This document shows, one piece after another, positions 18,548 to 29,444 of a stretch of DNA of 64,000 bases. The DNA comes from Kiloniellaceae bacterium (GTDB lineage: Bacteria > Pseudomonadota > Alphaproteobacteria > Kiloniellales > J153): the NCBI GenBank assembly GCA_021776135.1, contig JAJFGL010000012.1:23258-87257 (forward strand), read 5' to 3'. The notes below the pieces were generated by a model. That model was not told the DNA's origin, did not search any database, and saw only the letters and a list, made by a program, of their open reading frames with translations. A program made the translations under genes and the position numbers. How positions within the stretch are numbered: position 1 is the first letter of the stretch; each line of letters opens with the position of its first letter.

Positions 18548-19393
18548 TCAAGAGGCCAGTTCGCGGGCCCGCCGGGTGGCGGCGGCTATGGCCCGGTCCA
18601 TGAGCGCTTGCAAGCCATCCGGCGCCATGAGCACCCGGAGCGCCTCCTGGGTCGTGCCGGCTGGGCTGGTCACGTTCTCGCGCAGCTTGGCGGCCGGAAG
18701 ATCGCTCAGGCGGACCAATTCGCCCGCCCCGGCCACGGTCGCGCGCGCGATCCGCATGGACAAGTCTTCGGGCAAGCCGGCCTCGGCCCCGGCCCGGGCC
18801 AGGCATTCAATCAAGAGGAAAACATAAGCCGGGCCGCCGCCGGAGACAGCGGTCACCGCGTCGAGCAAGGCTTCGTCCCCGACCCAGGCGACCTCGCCCA
18901 CCGCCGCCATCAAGGTCTCGGCCAAGGCCTTCTGGCGCGAAGAGGCGGCGGCATTCGCGCACAGCACGGACATGCCCCGGCCCACCGCGGCGGGGGTGTT
19001 GGGCATGGCCCGGACAATCGCCGCATCGCCGCCGAAGACGGCCTCGAAAGCGCCCATGGTCCGGCCGGCGGCGATGGAAAGAATCAGCGTTCCCGGCCCG
19101 GCCGCCGCCGCGCCGGCGCCAATAGCCGCGTCCATTTGTTGCGGCTTGACCGCCAGCACCATGACCGCCGCCGGTCGCCCGGCGGGAAGCTCATCCAGGC
19201 GCGCGGCGTGAACCAGGCCCCGGGCGGCGAAGGGGGCGGCGCTTTCGGCATGGGGTTCGACCACCGCGATATCGCGCGGCGCAGCGCCGCGGCGCAGCCA
19301 GCCTTCCAGCAAGGCGGCGCCCATCTTGCCGCAACCGACCAGGATCAGCGGGCCGCCTAGATCGAGTTTTTCATCCGATCCCGCGCCCGGCAT
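18548..19393 (-). CDS. proC: pyrroline-5-carboxylate reductase
   Basis: 281 aa; LVGCGKMGAALLEG Rossmann start and C-terminal VTSPAGTTQEAL motif. Confidence 0.92.
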   Translation of the reverse strand: MPGAGSDEKLDLGGPLILVGCGKMGAALLEGWLRRGAAPRDIAVVEPHAESAAPFAARGLVHAARLDELPAGRPAAVMVLAVKPQQMDAAIGAGAAAAGPGTLILSIAAGRTMGAFEAVFGGDAAIVRAMPNTPAAVGRGMSVLCANAAASSRQKALAETLMAAVGEVAWVGDEALLDAVTAVSGGGPAYVFLLIECLARAGAEAGLPEDLSMRIARATVAGAGELVRLSDLPAAKLRENVTSPAGTTQEALRVLMAPDGLQALMDRAIAAATRRARELAS

Positions 19394-19399
19394 CGCGCC

Positions 19400-19903
19400 C
19401 TAGGCCTCGCCGAGTGTATCCATGCGCGCGACCGTCAGGGCGTCGGCGATACTGCGCCCGCCCCACACGACTAGCTGCAAGGCCGGATAGAAGCGCTCGC
19501 ATTCAAGGATCGCGGCGTCCAGGAGATCCTCCAACTGCTCGGCGCTGAGCCCGGCCGCGCCGCGCATGGGGATGGCGTGCCGGAACATTGTCGTCGAGTC
19601 TTCGCGCACGAAATCGAAGTGGCCGAGCCAAAGATCCTCGTTGACGCTGGCCAATAACTCATAGACCGCGCCGCGTTTCGTTTCGGGTATGCGCTGATCC
19701 AACTGGCACGACACGAACATGGCGTTCATGTGGCGGTCCCAAACCACGAACAGGCGATAATCGCACCAGCGGCCGCCGACCTGCACCATCAACTCGCACT
19801 CGCTATGCCGGTCGAAGGTCCAGTCGTTGGCGCTCACCAACTCCTCCAAGGTATCGAGAGGATTGGATAGAACTTCAAGGTATCGATCCGCCAGGCCCGC
19901 CAT
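19400..19903 (-). CDS. YbjN domain-containing protein
   Basis: ATG 19903 within ORF 19400-20035; pattern NPLDTLEELV...WTFDR...MFVSCQLD consistent with the YbjN family. Confidence 0.6.
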   Translation of the reverse strand: MAGLADRYLEVLSNPLDTLEELVSANDWTFDRHSECELMVQVGGRWCDYRLFVVWDRHMNAMFVSCQLDQRIPETKRGAVYELLASVNEDLWLGHFDFVREDSTTMFRHAIPMRGAAGLSAEQLEDLLDAAILECERFYPALQLVVWGGRSIADALTVARMDTLGEA

Positions 19904-20104
19904 GTCGACTTCGAACGCCCCCTCATAAAGCCGGTGCCGCATCGATCTAAAGAAACGCACGCGGCAACCAAATATGGAGTGGCCAATCCGGACACCCACT
20001 AAATATAGCGTGCCATCTTCGCAGCGGGCACGCAATAGCGGTGTCCTGTGGGTAAAATCCGAACTTCGAAAGAGTCTTGGGGTTTCGGCGCCAAGACGCG
20101 CCGG

Positions 20105-20413
20105 CTAGCCGCTTGGCTTGGCCGCGCGTTTGCGGGGGGATGATTTTTTGCCCCCGGCGCCGGACTGCGCCTTGAGGCGCCGTTCAAGCTCGGCCACTTT
20201 CTTGGCGAGATCCTCTTGTTCGGCGCGCGCCTTGGCGGCCATGGTCTTGACGGCATCGAATTCCTCGCGGCCGACCAAATCCATTTGCAGCAGGATTTTT
20301 TCGAATTGCTCGCGCAGGCGCGCTTCGATCTCGCCGCGCATCCCCGCCGCGATCCCGACGGCCCCGCTGGCCACCCGCGCCAAGTCGTCCAACAGCCGGT
20401 TTTGGGTTTGCAT
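20105..20413 (-). CDS. ubiK: accessory factor UbiK family protein
   Basis: 102 aa; MQTQNRLLDDLARVASGAVG...MDLVGREEFDAVKTMAAKARAEQE coiled coil. Confidence 0.7.
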   Translation of the reverse strand: MQTQNRLLDDLARVASGAVGIAAGMRGEIEARLREQFEKILLQMDLVGREEFDAVKTMAAKARAEQEDLAKKVAELERRLKAQSGAGGKKSSPRKRAAKPSG

Positions 20414-20529
20414 AATTTTCGCCCCTTCTACATTGATCGGCGGGAACCCCTATATAGACTATGGCAAGCACCCCCGGCCCTTCAAGCTACCCTTTCGCGG
20501 CGCGCGAAGAGAGTTTAGGTGACGATCCC

Positions 20530-21327
20530 ATGATAGCGGCGATATCCTTTCCTCAGATCGATCCGATCGCGATCTCGCTCGGCCCCCTGGCGATCCGCTG
20601 GTATGCGCTCGCCTACATCACCGGACTCTTGCTGGGGTGGCGGTACTGCCGCTGGTTGGCCAAGCGGCCCCCGGCGTTGTTGAGTGAGAGCGCCGTCGAC
20701 GATTTTCTTTTGTGGGCCACCCTCGGCGTCATTCTGGGCGGGCGTCTGGGCTATATCCTGTTTTATCAATTCGATTATTACCTCGCCAATCCGTTTCAAG
20801 TCCTGTTCATTTGGCGCGGCGGGATGAGTTTCCACGGCGGCATGCTGGGGGTCGCGGCGGCCATTGTCCTATTCGCGCGCAAGGTCAAGGTGCCGGTTTT
20901 CGTTCTGGGCGATATCGTCGCCACCGTGGCGCCCATCGGGTTGTTCTTCGGCCGCATCGCAAATTTTGTGAACGCCGAGTTGTTTGGCCGCCCGACCGAG
21001 CTTCCTTGGGGCGTTATTTTCCCCGGCCAGACCGTGCCCCGTCACCCCAGCCAGCTCTACGAGGCCGGACTGGAGGGCCTCTTGATGCTCACGGTGCTGT
21101 TCATTCTGGTGCGCGCCGGGGGCTTGGCGCGCCAGGGGCAAGCGAGTGGCGTTTTCCTGATCGGTTACGCCCTAGCGCGCACCCTGGTCGAACTGGTTCG
21201 CCAGCCCGATCCGCAACTGGGATTCATATTTAGCGGCGTCACCATGGGTCAGATCCTTTCCGGCCCCATGCTGGTGGCCGGGATAGCACTCCTGTTCTGG
21301 TCGCGCCGCCGCGTAATCTCCGCGTAA
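20530..21327 (+). CDS. lgt: prolipoprotein diacylglyceryl transferase
   Basis: ATG 20530; IRWYALAYITGLLLGW...GGMSFHGG...GRIANFVNAELFGRPT...HPSQLYEA. Confidence 0.93.
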   Translation: MIAAISFPQIDPIAISLGPLAIRWYALAYITGLLLGWRYCRWLAKRPPALLSESAVDDFLLWATLGVILGGRLGYILFYQFDYYLANPFQVLFIWRGGMSFHGGMLGVAAAIVLFARKVKVPVFVLGDIVATVAPIGLFFGRIANFVNAELFGRPTELPWGVIFPGQTVPRHPSQLYEAGLEGLLMLTVLFILVRAGGLARQGQASGVFLIGYALARTLVELVRQPDPQLGFIFSGVTMGQILSGPMLVAGIALLFWSRRRVISA

Positions 21328-21330
21328 GTC

Positions 21331-22455
21331 GTGGCCGGTCAATCCAAGCCGCTCGCCGAGCGGATCGCCAGGCGGATCGAGCGCCTGGGGCCCATGACCC
21401 TGGCCGAGTACATGACCGCGGCGCTCAGCGATAGGGCGCACGGCTATTACATGACCGGCGACCCGCTTGGCGCTCAAGGCGACTTCGTGACCGCCCCCGA
21501 GATCAGCCAGATGTTCGGCGAGATGATCGGCCTGTGGTGCGCCGAAACCTGGAATCGCATGGGTGCGCCCAAGGTTTTCAACCTGATCGAACTCGGCCCG
21601 GGGCGCGGCACCTTGATGGCCGATGCCCTGCGCGCCGCCCGCGCCGTACCCGGCTTCCTGGAAGCGGCCCGGCTCCATTTAGTGGAGACCGGCCCGGCCC
21701 TGCGGGCGCGCCAGGAAGAAACCTTGAAATCGGCCGGCGCCGGGCTGGGCGCCCCGCCAAGCTGGCATGGCGCCCTGTCGGGCGTGCCCCAGGGCCCCCT
21801 GCTTCTGATCGCCAATGAATTCTTCGATGCCTTGCCGGTGCGTCAATTCGTGCGCGGAGACGAAGCCGGCGGCCTAGGCTGGCGCGAACGGCTGGTCGCC
21901 CTCTCCGATGACGGCCAATCCCTGGTCTTCGTCTTGGGCCCGGCGACACGGAAAGCCGATGCCCTGCTGCCGCCCGAAGCCGCCGAGGCACCGCCCGGCG
22001 GCACCTTCGAGATTTCGCCCGCTTCCAGCGCCATCGCCGGCGAAATCGGGGCCCGGATCGCCCAAGACGGCGGCGGCGCCTTGATTATCGATTATGGCGC
22101 GGCGCGCCCGCCCGGCGAAGCCACTTTGCAAGGCGTGCGGCGCCACGCCCGTCACGACGTCCTGGAAACCCCAGGGCAGGCGGACCTGACGGCCCATGTC
22201 GATTTCACGGCCCTGAGCCGGGCCGCCGCCACGGCGGGCGCCAAGGCCTGGGGACCGGTGCCCCAGGGTCGCTTCCTGTCCCGTCTTGGAATCGCCGCCC
22301 GCGCGGAAAGCTTGAGCGCCACCGCCAGTCCCGCCCAGGATCGCGGCATCGCCGCCGCCTTGGCGCGCCTCACGGACCCGGAACACATGGGCGCGCTGTT
22401 CAAGGCCCTGGCCTTGGCCCATCCCAGCCTCGATGCGCCGGCCGGATTTGCGTGA
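21331..22455 (+). CDS. class I SAM-dependent methyltransferase, MidA/NDUFAF7 family
   Basis: 374 aa; GDFVTAPEISQMFGEMIGLW...LIELGPGRGTLMAD. Confidence 0.8.
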   Translation: MAGQSKPLAERIARRIERLGPMTLAEYMTAALSDRAHGYYMTGDPLGAQGDFVTAPEISQMFGEMIGLWCAETWNRMGAPKVFNLIELGPGRGTLMADALRAARAVPGFLEAARLHLVETGPALRARQEETLKSAGAGLGAPPSWHGALSGVPQGPLLLIANEFFDALPVRQFVRGDEAGGLGWRERLVALSDDGQSLVFVLGPATRKADALLPPEAAEAPPGGTFEISPASSAIAGEIGARIAQDGGGALIIDYGAARPPGEATLQGVRRHARHDVLETPGQADLTAHVDFTALSRAAATAGAKAWGPVPQGRFLSRLGIAARAESLSATASPAQDRGIAAALARLTDPEHMGALFKALALAHPSLDAPAGFA

Positions 22456-22477
22456 AGCGGCCGCGAAAGCCTAGGCT

Positions 22478-22561
22478 AGGGCTTGTTGACAATTAGGATG
22501 CCGCCGCGGCGGGATTGGGCCAAAATGACGCGAGGCCGCATCCTAATTGTCAACAGGCCCT
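22478..22561. mobile_element. MITE-like element, family A, short copy (84 bp)
   Basis: agggcttgttgacaattaggatgccgccg (22478-22506) and gcatcctaattgtcaacaggccct (22538-22561). The core retains gccaaaatgacgcgagg. Ends 5 bp before the pgeF start codon. Confidence 0.75.
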
Positions 22562-22566
22562 AGAGA

Positions 22567-23358
22567 ATGTCCGATACCAAGCAGCCCGATAAACTCACGA
22601 CCGCCGTCCTCGACCAAGCGAGCGGCGTGCGCCACGCATTTTTCGGCCGTGGCGGCGGGGTCAGCGGCGGCCTCTACAGCTCGCTCAATTGCGGTTTCGG
22701 TTCCGGCGACGACCCGGTCAAGGTCGCGGAAAACCGGGCGCGGGCCATGGGCGGGATCGGGGTTCAGGCCGAGCGCCTGGTCACCGCCTATCAGGTTCAT
22801 TCCAGCGAGGTCGCCAGGGTTGTGCGTCCATGGAATCGTGAGGCGGCGCCACGGGCCGATGCCATGGTCACCAAGGAACCTGGACTGGCCCTGGGAATCC
22901 TGACCGCCGACTGCGTGCCTATACTACTGGCCGACCGGAAAGCCGGAGTCATCGGCGCCGCTCACGCGGGTTGGCGCGGGGCCTTGAACGGCATTGCCGA
23001 AGCCGTGATCGCGGCCATGGTCGAGCTGGGCGCGCGCCGCGATGCCATCGTGGCCGGTATCGGCCCGGCGATCGGGCCGCGTTCCTACGAGGTCGGACCG
23101 GAATTCCCGGCGCCGTTCCTCGAACAAGCGGCCGGCAACGCCGACTTTTTCCGCGATGCACCGCGCGGCGGCCACGCTTACTTCGATATCAAGGCCTATG
23201 TCGCGCGCCGCTTAGGCGACGCCGGTCTAGGCCATGTCGAAACCCGGCCCGAGGATACCTGTGCCGAGGAAAACCGGTATTTCAGTTACCGCCGGTCCTG
23301 TCATCGCGACGAAGCCGACTACGGCCGCTGTCTCTCGGCCATTGTCCTCGCGCCATGA
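22567..23358 (+). CDS. pgeF: peptidoglycan editing factor PgeF (YfiH/laccase-domain family)
   Basis: 263 aa; QVHS...TADCVPILL...AHAGWRG motif series. Confidence 0.85.
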   Translation: MSDTKQPDKLTTAVLDQASGVRHAFFGRGGGVSGGLYSSLNCGFGSGDDPVKVAENRARAMGGIGVQAERLVTAYQVHSSEVARVVRPWNREAAPRADAMVTKEPGLALGILTADCVPILLADRKAGVIGAAHAGWRGALNGIAEAVIAAMVELGARRDAIVAGIGPAIGPRSYEVGPEFPAPFLEQAAGNADFFRDAPRGGHAYFDIKAYVARRLGDAGLGHVETRPEDTCAEENRYFSYRRSCHRDEADYGRCLSAIVLAP

Positions 23359-24506
23359 CCCTGCACTTCACCAAAGAAGAGCTGGCTACACGCCGGAACC
23401 GGGTGTGCGCGGCCATGGCGCGCGCCGGCCTGGACGGCATGCTCCTGTTCCGCCAAGAGAGTATGTACTACCTGACCGGATACGACACCTTCGGCTACGT
23501 CTTTTTTCAGTGCCTCTTTCTGGGCGGCGATGGGCGCATGACCCTCTTGACCCGGGCGCCCGACCTGCGCCAGGCGCGCGAGACCTCGGTAATCGAGGAT
23601 ATCCGCATCTGGACCGACGGACCCGACGCCGAGCCGGCGCGGGAACTACGGGCAATTCTCGAGGAACACGGCTGCCGGGGTAAAACCCTCGGCGTCGAAT
23701 ACGAAGCCTATGGCCTGACCGCGCGCAACGGTAAGCGTCTGGATGCCGCCCTCGACGGCTTTGCCGGCTTACGTGACGAATCCGAATTGATCTCCCGCCA
23801 GCGCGTCGTGAAAAGCGCGGCCGAGATCGGCTATGTACGCCGCGCCGCCCACCTGGCCGACGATGCCTTGGAGGCCGCCCTGCCCCTGGTCCGGCCGGGC
23901 GCCTTCGAAGGCGATATCCTGGCCGCCATGCAGGGCGCGGTATTTCGCGGCGGCGGCGACTATCCCGGTAACGAATTCATTATCGGCTCGGGCCCGGCGT
24001 CCTTGCTGTGCCGCTATCGAAGCGGCCGCCGCCATCTGGACGCGGACGATCAATTGACCCTGGAATGGGCGGGCGTGGAGCGGCACTACCACGCAGCCAT
24101 GATGCGCACCCTGCGCCTGGGGCCGCCGCCGGCCGCGCAAAGCGAGATGTTCAAGGCCGCGCGCGACGCGCTGCTCGCGGTCGAAGGCGCCTTGCGTCCG
24201 GGCCAGTGCTTTGGCGCCGCCTTCGACGCCCATGCTCGCACCCTGGACGCCGCCGGCTACGCGGAACACCGCATGAATGCCTGCGGCTATTCCCTGGGCA
24301 CGACCTTTGCGCCGAACTGGATGGACTGGCCGATGCTTTACCGCGGCAACCCGGTCGAGATCGTGCCCGGCATGACCGTATTCGTGCATATCATTATTTT
24401 CGACAGCGGCCGGGGCCTCGCCATGGCCCTGGGGCGGACCAGCCATATCGGAAACGGCGGCGGCGAGGTTTTGTCGCGCATGCCGTTGGAATTCGCGGTT
24501 AGCTAA
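23355..24506 (+). CDS. M24 family metallopeptidase (Xaa-Pro dipeptidase/creatinase/ectoine-hydrolase-like)
   Basis: ATG 23355 overlaps the pgeF stop (ATGA). Creatinase-like N-domain plus pita-bread C-domain. Tail of ORF-track entry 22971-24506. Confidence 0.8.
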   Translation: MTLHFTKEELATRRNRVCAAMARAGLDGMLLFRQESMYYLTGYDTFGYVFFQCLFLGGDGRMTLLTRAPDLRQARETSVIEDIRIWTDGPDAEPARELRAILEEHGCRGKTLGVEYEAYGLTARNGKRLDAALDGFAGLRDESELISRQRVVKSAAEIGYVRRAAHLADDALEAALPLVRPGAFEGDILAAMQGAVFRGGGDYPGNEFIIGSGPASLLCRYRSGRRHLDADDQLTLEWAGVERHYHAAMMRTLRLGPPPAAQSEMFKAARDALLAVEGALRPGQCFGAAFDAHARTLDAAGYAEHRMNACGYSLGTTFAPNWMDWPMLYRGNPVEIVPGMTVFVHIIIFDSGRGLAMALGRTSHIGNGGGEVLSRMPLEFAVS

Positions 24507-24598
24507 AGCCGCCATGCCGCACCTTTTCATCTTCGCCTGCCTGTTCCTGACCGCCATGGCCGCAAGCTGTGTTTTGCTTTGAGAGGAACCCTTAGTCC

Positions 24599-25450
24599 GT
24601 GACGCGGCTCCTGATACTCGTCGTTTGCCTCGCCGGATTGGGTTCCTGCGGCCAGGTGCCCCGGCCTTTCGAGCATCGCGCGGCGCATGAGAGCGACCTG
24701 CTCGTGCTCAAGGACCGCGCCGGAATCGTTGTCGCCCCCCTGGCCGGCGACTTGCCGGCCGACCCCATGCGCCTGGCCTCGGCCATGGCGAAACGTCTGC
24801 GGGATTTGAATATCCCGGCCACCACCCACGCGGTGAATGACGAAAGCCGCTATCTGCACGGCTGGGTGGTGCGAAAGCCCTTGGCGGCGGCGCCGGACCG
24901 TCTGATCCTGGAATGGGAGCTGTGGGATCTGGATGGGCGTCTTATCGGCGGCTATACCCAGCGCCGGCCGCTTGAGCCCAGCGGCGGCGCCGCCCTGATA
25001 AACGCCGTGGCCAGGGAGGCGGCGCCTAAAATCGCCGCCTTGGTGCAGGAAGCACCGGTGACCGAGACCAGAATACCCGGTTTCCCAGGCGCCAGCGTGT
25101 TCGTGGCGCCGCTTGACGCCGGACCGGGAGATTCGGCGCGCAGCCTGATTCCGGCCCTACGGGCCGAACTGGCCGCCGCCGGGCTTCCGGTGTCCAAGCA
25201 ACAAGGCCCCGGCGACCTGCTGGTCCAAGGGAATATCGATCTGGAGCCGGCCCCGAACGGCCAGGAGGAAATCGCCATAGCCTGGACCGTTGCGGCAAGC
25301 CAGGACGGCAAGGAACTGGGCCGGATCGACCAGCGGAACCAGATCCCGGCCGGCAGCTTGGACGGCCCCTGGGGCGCCCTTGCCGTTGAAATAGCCCGCG
25401 GCGCGGCGGCGGGTATTATGAAGCTCCTAAACCAGGCTGCGGCCCCCTGA
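24599..25450 (+). CDS. hypothetical lipoprotein
   Basis: 283 aa; signal peptide with lipobox LAGLGSCG; no family recognised. Confidence 0.5.
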   Translation: MTRLLILVVCLAGLGSCGQVPRPFEHRAAHESDLLVLKDRAGIVVAPLAGDLPADPMRLASAMAKRLRDLNIPATTHAVNDESRYLHGWVVRKPLAAAPDRLILEWELWDLDGRLIGGYTQRRPLEPSGGAALINAVAREAAPKIAALVQEAPVTETRIPGFPGASVFVAPLDAGPGDSARSLIPALRAELAAAGLPVSKQQGPGDLLVQGNIDLEPAPNGQEEIAIAWTVAASQDGKELGRIDQRNQIPAGSLDGPWGALAVEIARGAAAGIMKLLNQAAAP

Positions 25451-25577
25451 AGATTCTCTCCCCCGGACCTGTTTACACACCGGCGCCGCGTTGATAATGT
25501 CCGCCCGCTCGGGGCAAGGCGGTCCCGGATATCCTTGGCACCGATAGCACGGCGCGCGGCCCAGCAGGCTCCTAGTC

Positions 25578-26522
25578 ATGAAAATTATGACCGGCAACAG
25601 CAATCGGCCCCTGGCCGAGGCTATATCGGCATTTCTCAACCTCCCCCTCACCAAGGCCAGGGTCCGGCGGTTTTCGGACATGGAGGTTTTTGTCGAGATC
25701 GACGAAAACGTGCGCGGCGAAGACGTTTTTCTGATCCAGTCCACCTCCTATCCGACGAACGATAATCTGATGGAGCTTCTGGTCGCACTCGATGCCCTTA
25801 AACGGGGCTCGGCGCGGCGGATCACGGCGGTCATCCCCTATTACGGCTATGCCAGGCAAGACCGCAAATCCGGCCCCCGCACGCCGATCTCGGCCAAGCT
25901 GGTGGCCAACTTGATAACCTCCGCCGGCGCCGACAAGGTTCTGACCTTGGATCTCCATGCGGCGCAAATTCAGGGTTTTTTCGACATACCCACCGACAAC
26001 CTCTTCGCCGCCCCGGTCTTTACCAAGGACATCGTGGAGCGCGTCAACGGCGAAGGCTTGTCCATCGTATCGCCTGACGTGGGCGGCGTCCTGCGGGCTC
26101 GGGCCATCGCCAAGCGCCTTGACGCCGATCTGGCGATCATCGACAAGCGGCGCGAGCGCGCGGGCGATTCCGAGGTCATGCATATCATCGGCGACATCAA
26201 GGACCAGCGCTGCATCCTGGTTGACGATATCGTCGATTCCGCCGGCACCCTGTGTAACGCGGCCGAGGCGCTGATGAACGCCGGCGCCAAGTCGGTCAGC
26301 GCCTATGTAACCCACGGGGTTCTGTCCGGCGGCGCCGTGGCGCGGGTGAGCGCCTCGCCCCTGCAGGAGCTGGTCATGACCGATTCCATTCAGGCAACGG
26401 AGGCCGTGCGCGTGGCGCAGAACACCCGGCAGATTACCATCGCCCCGCTTCTTGGCGAGGCCATGCGGCGGATCAGCGAAGAACGATCCGTTTCCAGCCT
26501 GTTCCACGTCGCGAGCGGGTAA
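25578..26522 (+). CDS. prs: ribose-phosphate pyrophosphokinase
   Basis: 314 aa; [25 protein letters not shown] and PRPP-binding [12 protein letters not shown]. Confidence 0.96.
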   Translation: MKIMTGNSNRPLAEAISAFLNLPLTKARVRRFSDMEVFVEIDENVRGEDVFLIQSTSYPTNDNLMELLVALDALKRGSARRITAVIPYYGYARQDRKSGPRTPISAKLVANLITSAGADKVLTLDLHAAQIQGFFDIPTDNLFAAPVFTKDIVERVNGEGLSIVSPDVGGVLRARAIAKRLDADLAIIDKRRERAGDSEVMHIIGDIKDQRCILVDDIVDSAGTLCNAAEALMNAGAKSVSAYVTHGVLSGGAVARVSASPLQELVMTDSIQATEAVRVAQNTRQITIAPLLGEAMRRISEERSVSSLFHVASG

Positions 26523-26568
26523 CCGAAAACCGGGACCGGCACCCCTGGAGGCCGGCCCGGACACGATC

Positions 26569-26600
26569 CCGGCGGATGTTCGCGCCGGATAGCTTTTTTT
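26569..26600 (+). terminator. candidate rho-independent terminator after prs
   Basis: Stem ccggcg (26569-26574) / cgccgg (26583-26588), 8-nt loop, then atagcttttttt. Confidence 0.5.
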
Positions 26601-26616
26601 AATTAGGAGTGAGACC

Positions 26617-27291
26617 ATGAGCGATATCGTTAGCATGCCCGCGAAAACGCGGGAGCGGGCCGGGAAGGGGCCAGCCCGCGCGGCCCGGCGAGCCGGGCTG
26701 GTACCCGGCGTCATCTATGGCGCCAAGAAAGATCCCCTGATGATTACCTTGGACCCGCGCGATGTGTTCAAGGGCCTGAAGACCGGCTCCTTCCTCGCCA
26801 CGATTTACGAACTCGAAATCGGCGGTAAAAAGGAACAGGTTCTGCCCCGCGACGTGCAATTCCACCCGGTCACCGACAATGCGATGCATGTCGACTTCCT
26901 GCGCGTTTCGGCGGCCACCTCGGTCACGATCGAGGTTCCAGTCCATTTCCTGAACGAGGAAGAATCCCCGGGCGTGAAACGCGGCGGTTTGCTGAATATC
27001 GTCCGCCACGAGATCGAGATGACGTGCCGCGCCGACGCGATACCGGACCAGATCGTTGTCGACCTGACCGGACTCGAGATTGGCGATAGCGTCCACATCA
27101 GCTCGATCTCCCTGCCCGATGGCGTAGAGCTGACGATCACCGACCGCGACTTCACGATTGCGACCATCGCCGCGCCGACCCTGGCCGTCGAAGAGGAAGA
27201 AGAAGCCGAAGCCGCGGAAGGCGCGGAAGAAGACGCGGAAGGCGAGGAAGGCGAGGAAAAGACCGAGGAGGAAGGCGAGAGCGAGGGCTAA
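26617..27291 (+). CDS. rplY: 50S ribosomal protein L25/general stress protein Ctc
   Basis: 224 aa; L25 beta-barrel N-half and an acidic E-rich tail. Confidence 0.9.
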   Translation: MSDIVSMPAKTRERAGKGPARAARRAGLVPGVIYGAKKDPLMITLDPRDVFKGLKTGSFLATIYELEIGGKKEQVLPRDVQFHPVTDNAMHVDFLRVSAATSVTIEVPVHFLNEEESPGVKRGGLLNIVRHEIEMTCRADAIPDQIVVDLTGLEIGDSVHISSISLPDGVELTITDRDFTIATIAAPTLAVEEEEEAEAAEGAEEDAEGEEGEEKTEEEGESEG

Positions 27292-27318
27292 GCCCCCGCT
27301 TCTCACTGACCCTGACCC

Positions 27319-27942
27319 ATGGAACTCTTGGTTGGGCTCGGCAATCCCGGCCCACGCCACGCCAACAACCGGCACAATATCGGATTCATGGCGTTGGACG
27401 AAATCGTCCGGCGCCATGGCTTCGGCCCTTGGCGCGTGCGCTATCAGGGCCGCGTGGCCGAAGGGCGTATCGGCGCCAAGCGGGTTCTGGCCTTGAAGCC
27501 GGAAACCTATATGAACGAATCCGGCCGCGCGGTCGGCGAAGCGGCGCGCTTCTTTAAGCTGGACCCCGGCCAAGTCACCGTGATCTACGACGAGATCGAC
27601 CTCAAGCCCGGCAAGATCAAGGTCAAGACCGGCGGCGGCGCCGGCGGCCATAACGGCATCCGCAGCATCGATTCGCACATCGGCCGCGATTACCGGCGGG
27701 TCCGCCTGGGTATCGGCCACCCAGGGCAAAAAGACCTGGTCCATGGCTATGTGCTGCGCGATTTCGCCAAGCCTGAGATGCCCGGTGTCGAAAAGCTGAT
27801 CGCCGCCGTGGCCGGGGAACTGCCGCTTTTGATGGACGGCGACGAGGGCGCCTTCATGTCGCGTGTCGCCCACTTGACCGCGCCGCCCAAGCAATCCAAG
27901 CCTGATACAGGCGCTACCAAGGGCGAAGCGGATGGGATTTAA
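27319..27942 (+). CDS. pth: peptidyl-tRNA hydrolase
   Basis: 207 aa; [21 protein letters not shown] and GGHNGIRSI motifs. Confidence 0.95.
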   Translation: MELLVGLGNPGPRHANNRHNIGFMALDEIVRRHGFGPWRVRYQGRVAEGRIGAKRVLALKPETYMNESGRAVGEAARFFKLDPGQVTVIYDEIDLKPGKIKVKTGGGAGGHNGIRSIDSHIGRDYRRVRLGIGHPGQKDLVHGYVLRDFAKPEMPGVEKLIAAVAGELPLLMDGDEGAFMSRVAHLTAPPKQSKPDTGATKGEADGI

Positions 27943-29029
27943 CTGCGGCATTGTCGGCCTGCCCAACGTCGGCAAATCGACCCTGTTCAACGCCTTGACC
28001 GAAACGGCGGCGGCGGAATCGGCCAATTACCCCTTCACCACCATCGAACCCAATATCGGCCGGGTGCCGGTGCCCGATGGACGCCTGGAAACGATCGCGC
28101 GCATCGGCAAGTCGGCCAAGGTCATCCCGACCGTTCTGGAGTTCGTGGACATCGCCGGCCTGGTGCGCGGGGCCTCCAAGGGCGAAGGTCTGGGCAATAA
28201 ATTCCTGGCCAATATTCGCGAAGTCGACGCCATCGTGCATGTCCTGCGCTGTTTCGAGGGGGAAACCACCCACGTCGAAGGCTCCGTCGATCCGGTCCGC
28301 GACGCGGAAACCGTCGAGACCGAATTACTCCTGGCCGATCTGGACAGCGTCGAGCGGCAAGCGGACGCGGCGGTCAAGCGTGCGCGGGGGGGCGAGAAGG
28401 AGGCCAAGGCGCGCCTGGCCATTCTGGAGCCGGTCGCGGCGGCCTTGGGCGCGGGTAAGCCGGCGAGCAGCGTCGAGATCGCCAAGGATCTCATGCCTCT
28501 GTTCCGGCAACTCAATCTCCTGACCGCCAAACCCATCCTCTATATCGCCAATGTCGAGGAGGACTCGGCGGCGGCGGGGAACGGCCATTCGGCGAGGGTC
28601 GCCGCCATGGCGGAGGCGAAGGGGGCCGCGTGCGTGGTCATCTCGGCCGCGATCGAAGCCGAGGTCGCGGGCCTGAGCAACGCCGAGGAGCGCCTGGATT
28701 TCCTGGACTCCCTCGGTCTTAAAGAACCCGGCCTGGCCCGGATCGTGCGTGCCGGTCACAACTTGCTGAACCTTATCGCCTTTTTCACCGTCGGCCCCAA
28801 GGAAGCGCGCGCCTGGACCTTGGAGCGCGGCGGCAAGGCCCCCCAGGCCGCCGGAGTCATCCATACCGATTTCGAACGCGGGTTCATCCGGGCGGAAACC
28901 ATCGCCTATGACGACTTCGTCGCCTGCGGCGGCGAACAGGGGGCCAAGGAAATGGGCAAGATGCGCGCCGAGGGCCGCGACTACACCGTCAAGGACGGCG
29001 ACATCTTTCATTTCCGCTTTAATGTTTGA
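27932..29029 (+). CDS. ychF: redox-regulated ATPase YchF
   Basis: 365 aa; [19 protein letters not shown]-loop and a C-terminal TGS-like domain. Confidence 0.96.
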   Translation: MGFNCGIVGLPNVGKSTLFNALTETAAAESANYPFTTIEPNIGRVPVPDGRLETIARIGKSAKVIPTVLEFVDIAGLVRGASKGEGLGNKFLANIREVDAIVHVLRCFEGETTHVEGSVDPVRDAETVETELLLADLDSVERQADAAVKRARGGEKEAKARLAILEPVAAALGAGKPASSVEIAKDLMPLFRQLNLLTAKPILYIANVEEDSAAAGNGHSARVAAMAEAKGAACVVISAAIEAEVAGLSNAEERLDFLDSLGLKEPGLARIVRAGHNLLNLIAFFTVGPKEARAWTLERGGKAPQAAGVIHTDFERGFIRAETIAYDDFVACGGEQGAKEMGKMRAEGRDYTVKDGDIFHFRFNV

Positions 29030-29075
29030 GCATCGGGGCCGATATAAAGAGCTGGCAATACGGAGGACCGGAATT

Positions 29076-29438
29076 ATGAACGGCACGGCAAACCCCCACA
29101 AGATCGGCGAGCGGATAACCATCAAGGCCCCTGGCACCCGGGCGCGCGCCCGTTTCAAGGGCGAAACCCTCGCCGAGAGCGACAGCGCGCTGGTTCTCCT
29201 GGAGACCGGCTATCCGCCGCGGTTTTATTTTCCGCAAGAAGACGTGCGTATGGACCTGCTCAGCCGCAGCGGCGCTAAGACGCACTGCCCCTTCAAAGGA
29301 GACGCCGCCTACTGGAGCCTTACGGCCGGCGGCGAGACGCTTGAGAATGCGGCCTGGGCCTATTTGGACCCGCTACCCGAAATCGCGATCATCGCCGGTC
29401 ACCTGAGTTTCGCCGATCAGGTCGAGATCGAGACCTAG
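29076..29438 (+). CDS. DUF427 domain-containing protein
   Basis: ATG 29076 with cggagga RBS; GYPPRFYFPQEDV...THCPFKGDAAYWS. Confidence 0.75.
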   Translation: MNGTANPHKIGERITIKAPGTRARARFKGETLAESDSALVLLETGYPPRFYFPQEDVRMDLLSRSGAKTHCPFKGDAAYWSLTAGGETLENAAWAYLDPLPEIAIIAGHLSFADQVEIET

Positions 29439-29444
29439 AGCAAG

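Noticed and set aside
25572-28026. Long minus-strand ORFs (25572-26714, 380 aa; 26599-28026, 475 aa) opposite prs, rplY and pth
   Set aside because: They are antisense to unambiguous housekeeping genes. Their translations are low-complexity (G/R/A/D-rich) with no recognisable motifs, so they are high-GC shadow ORFs.
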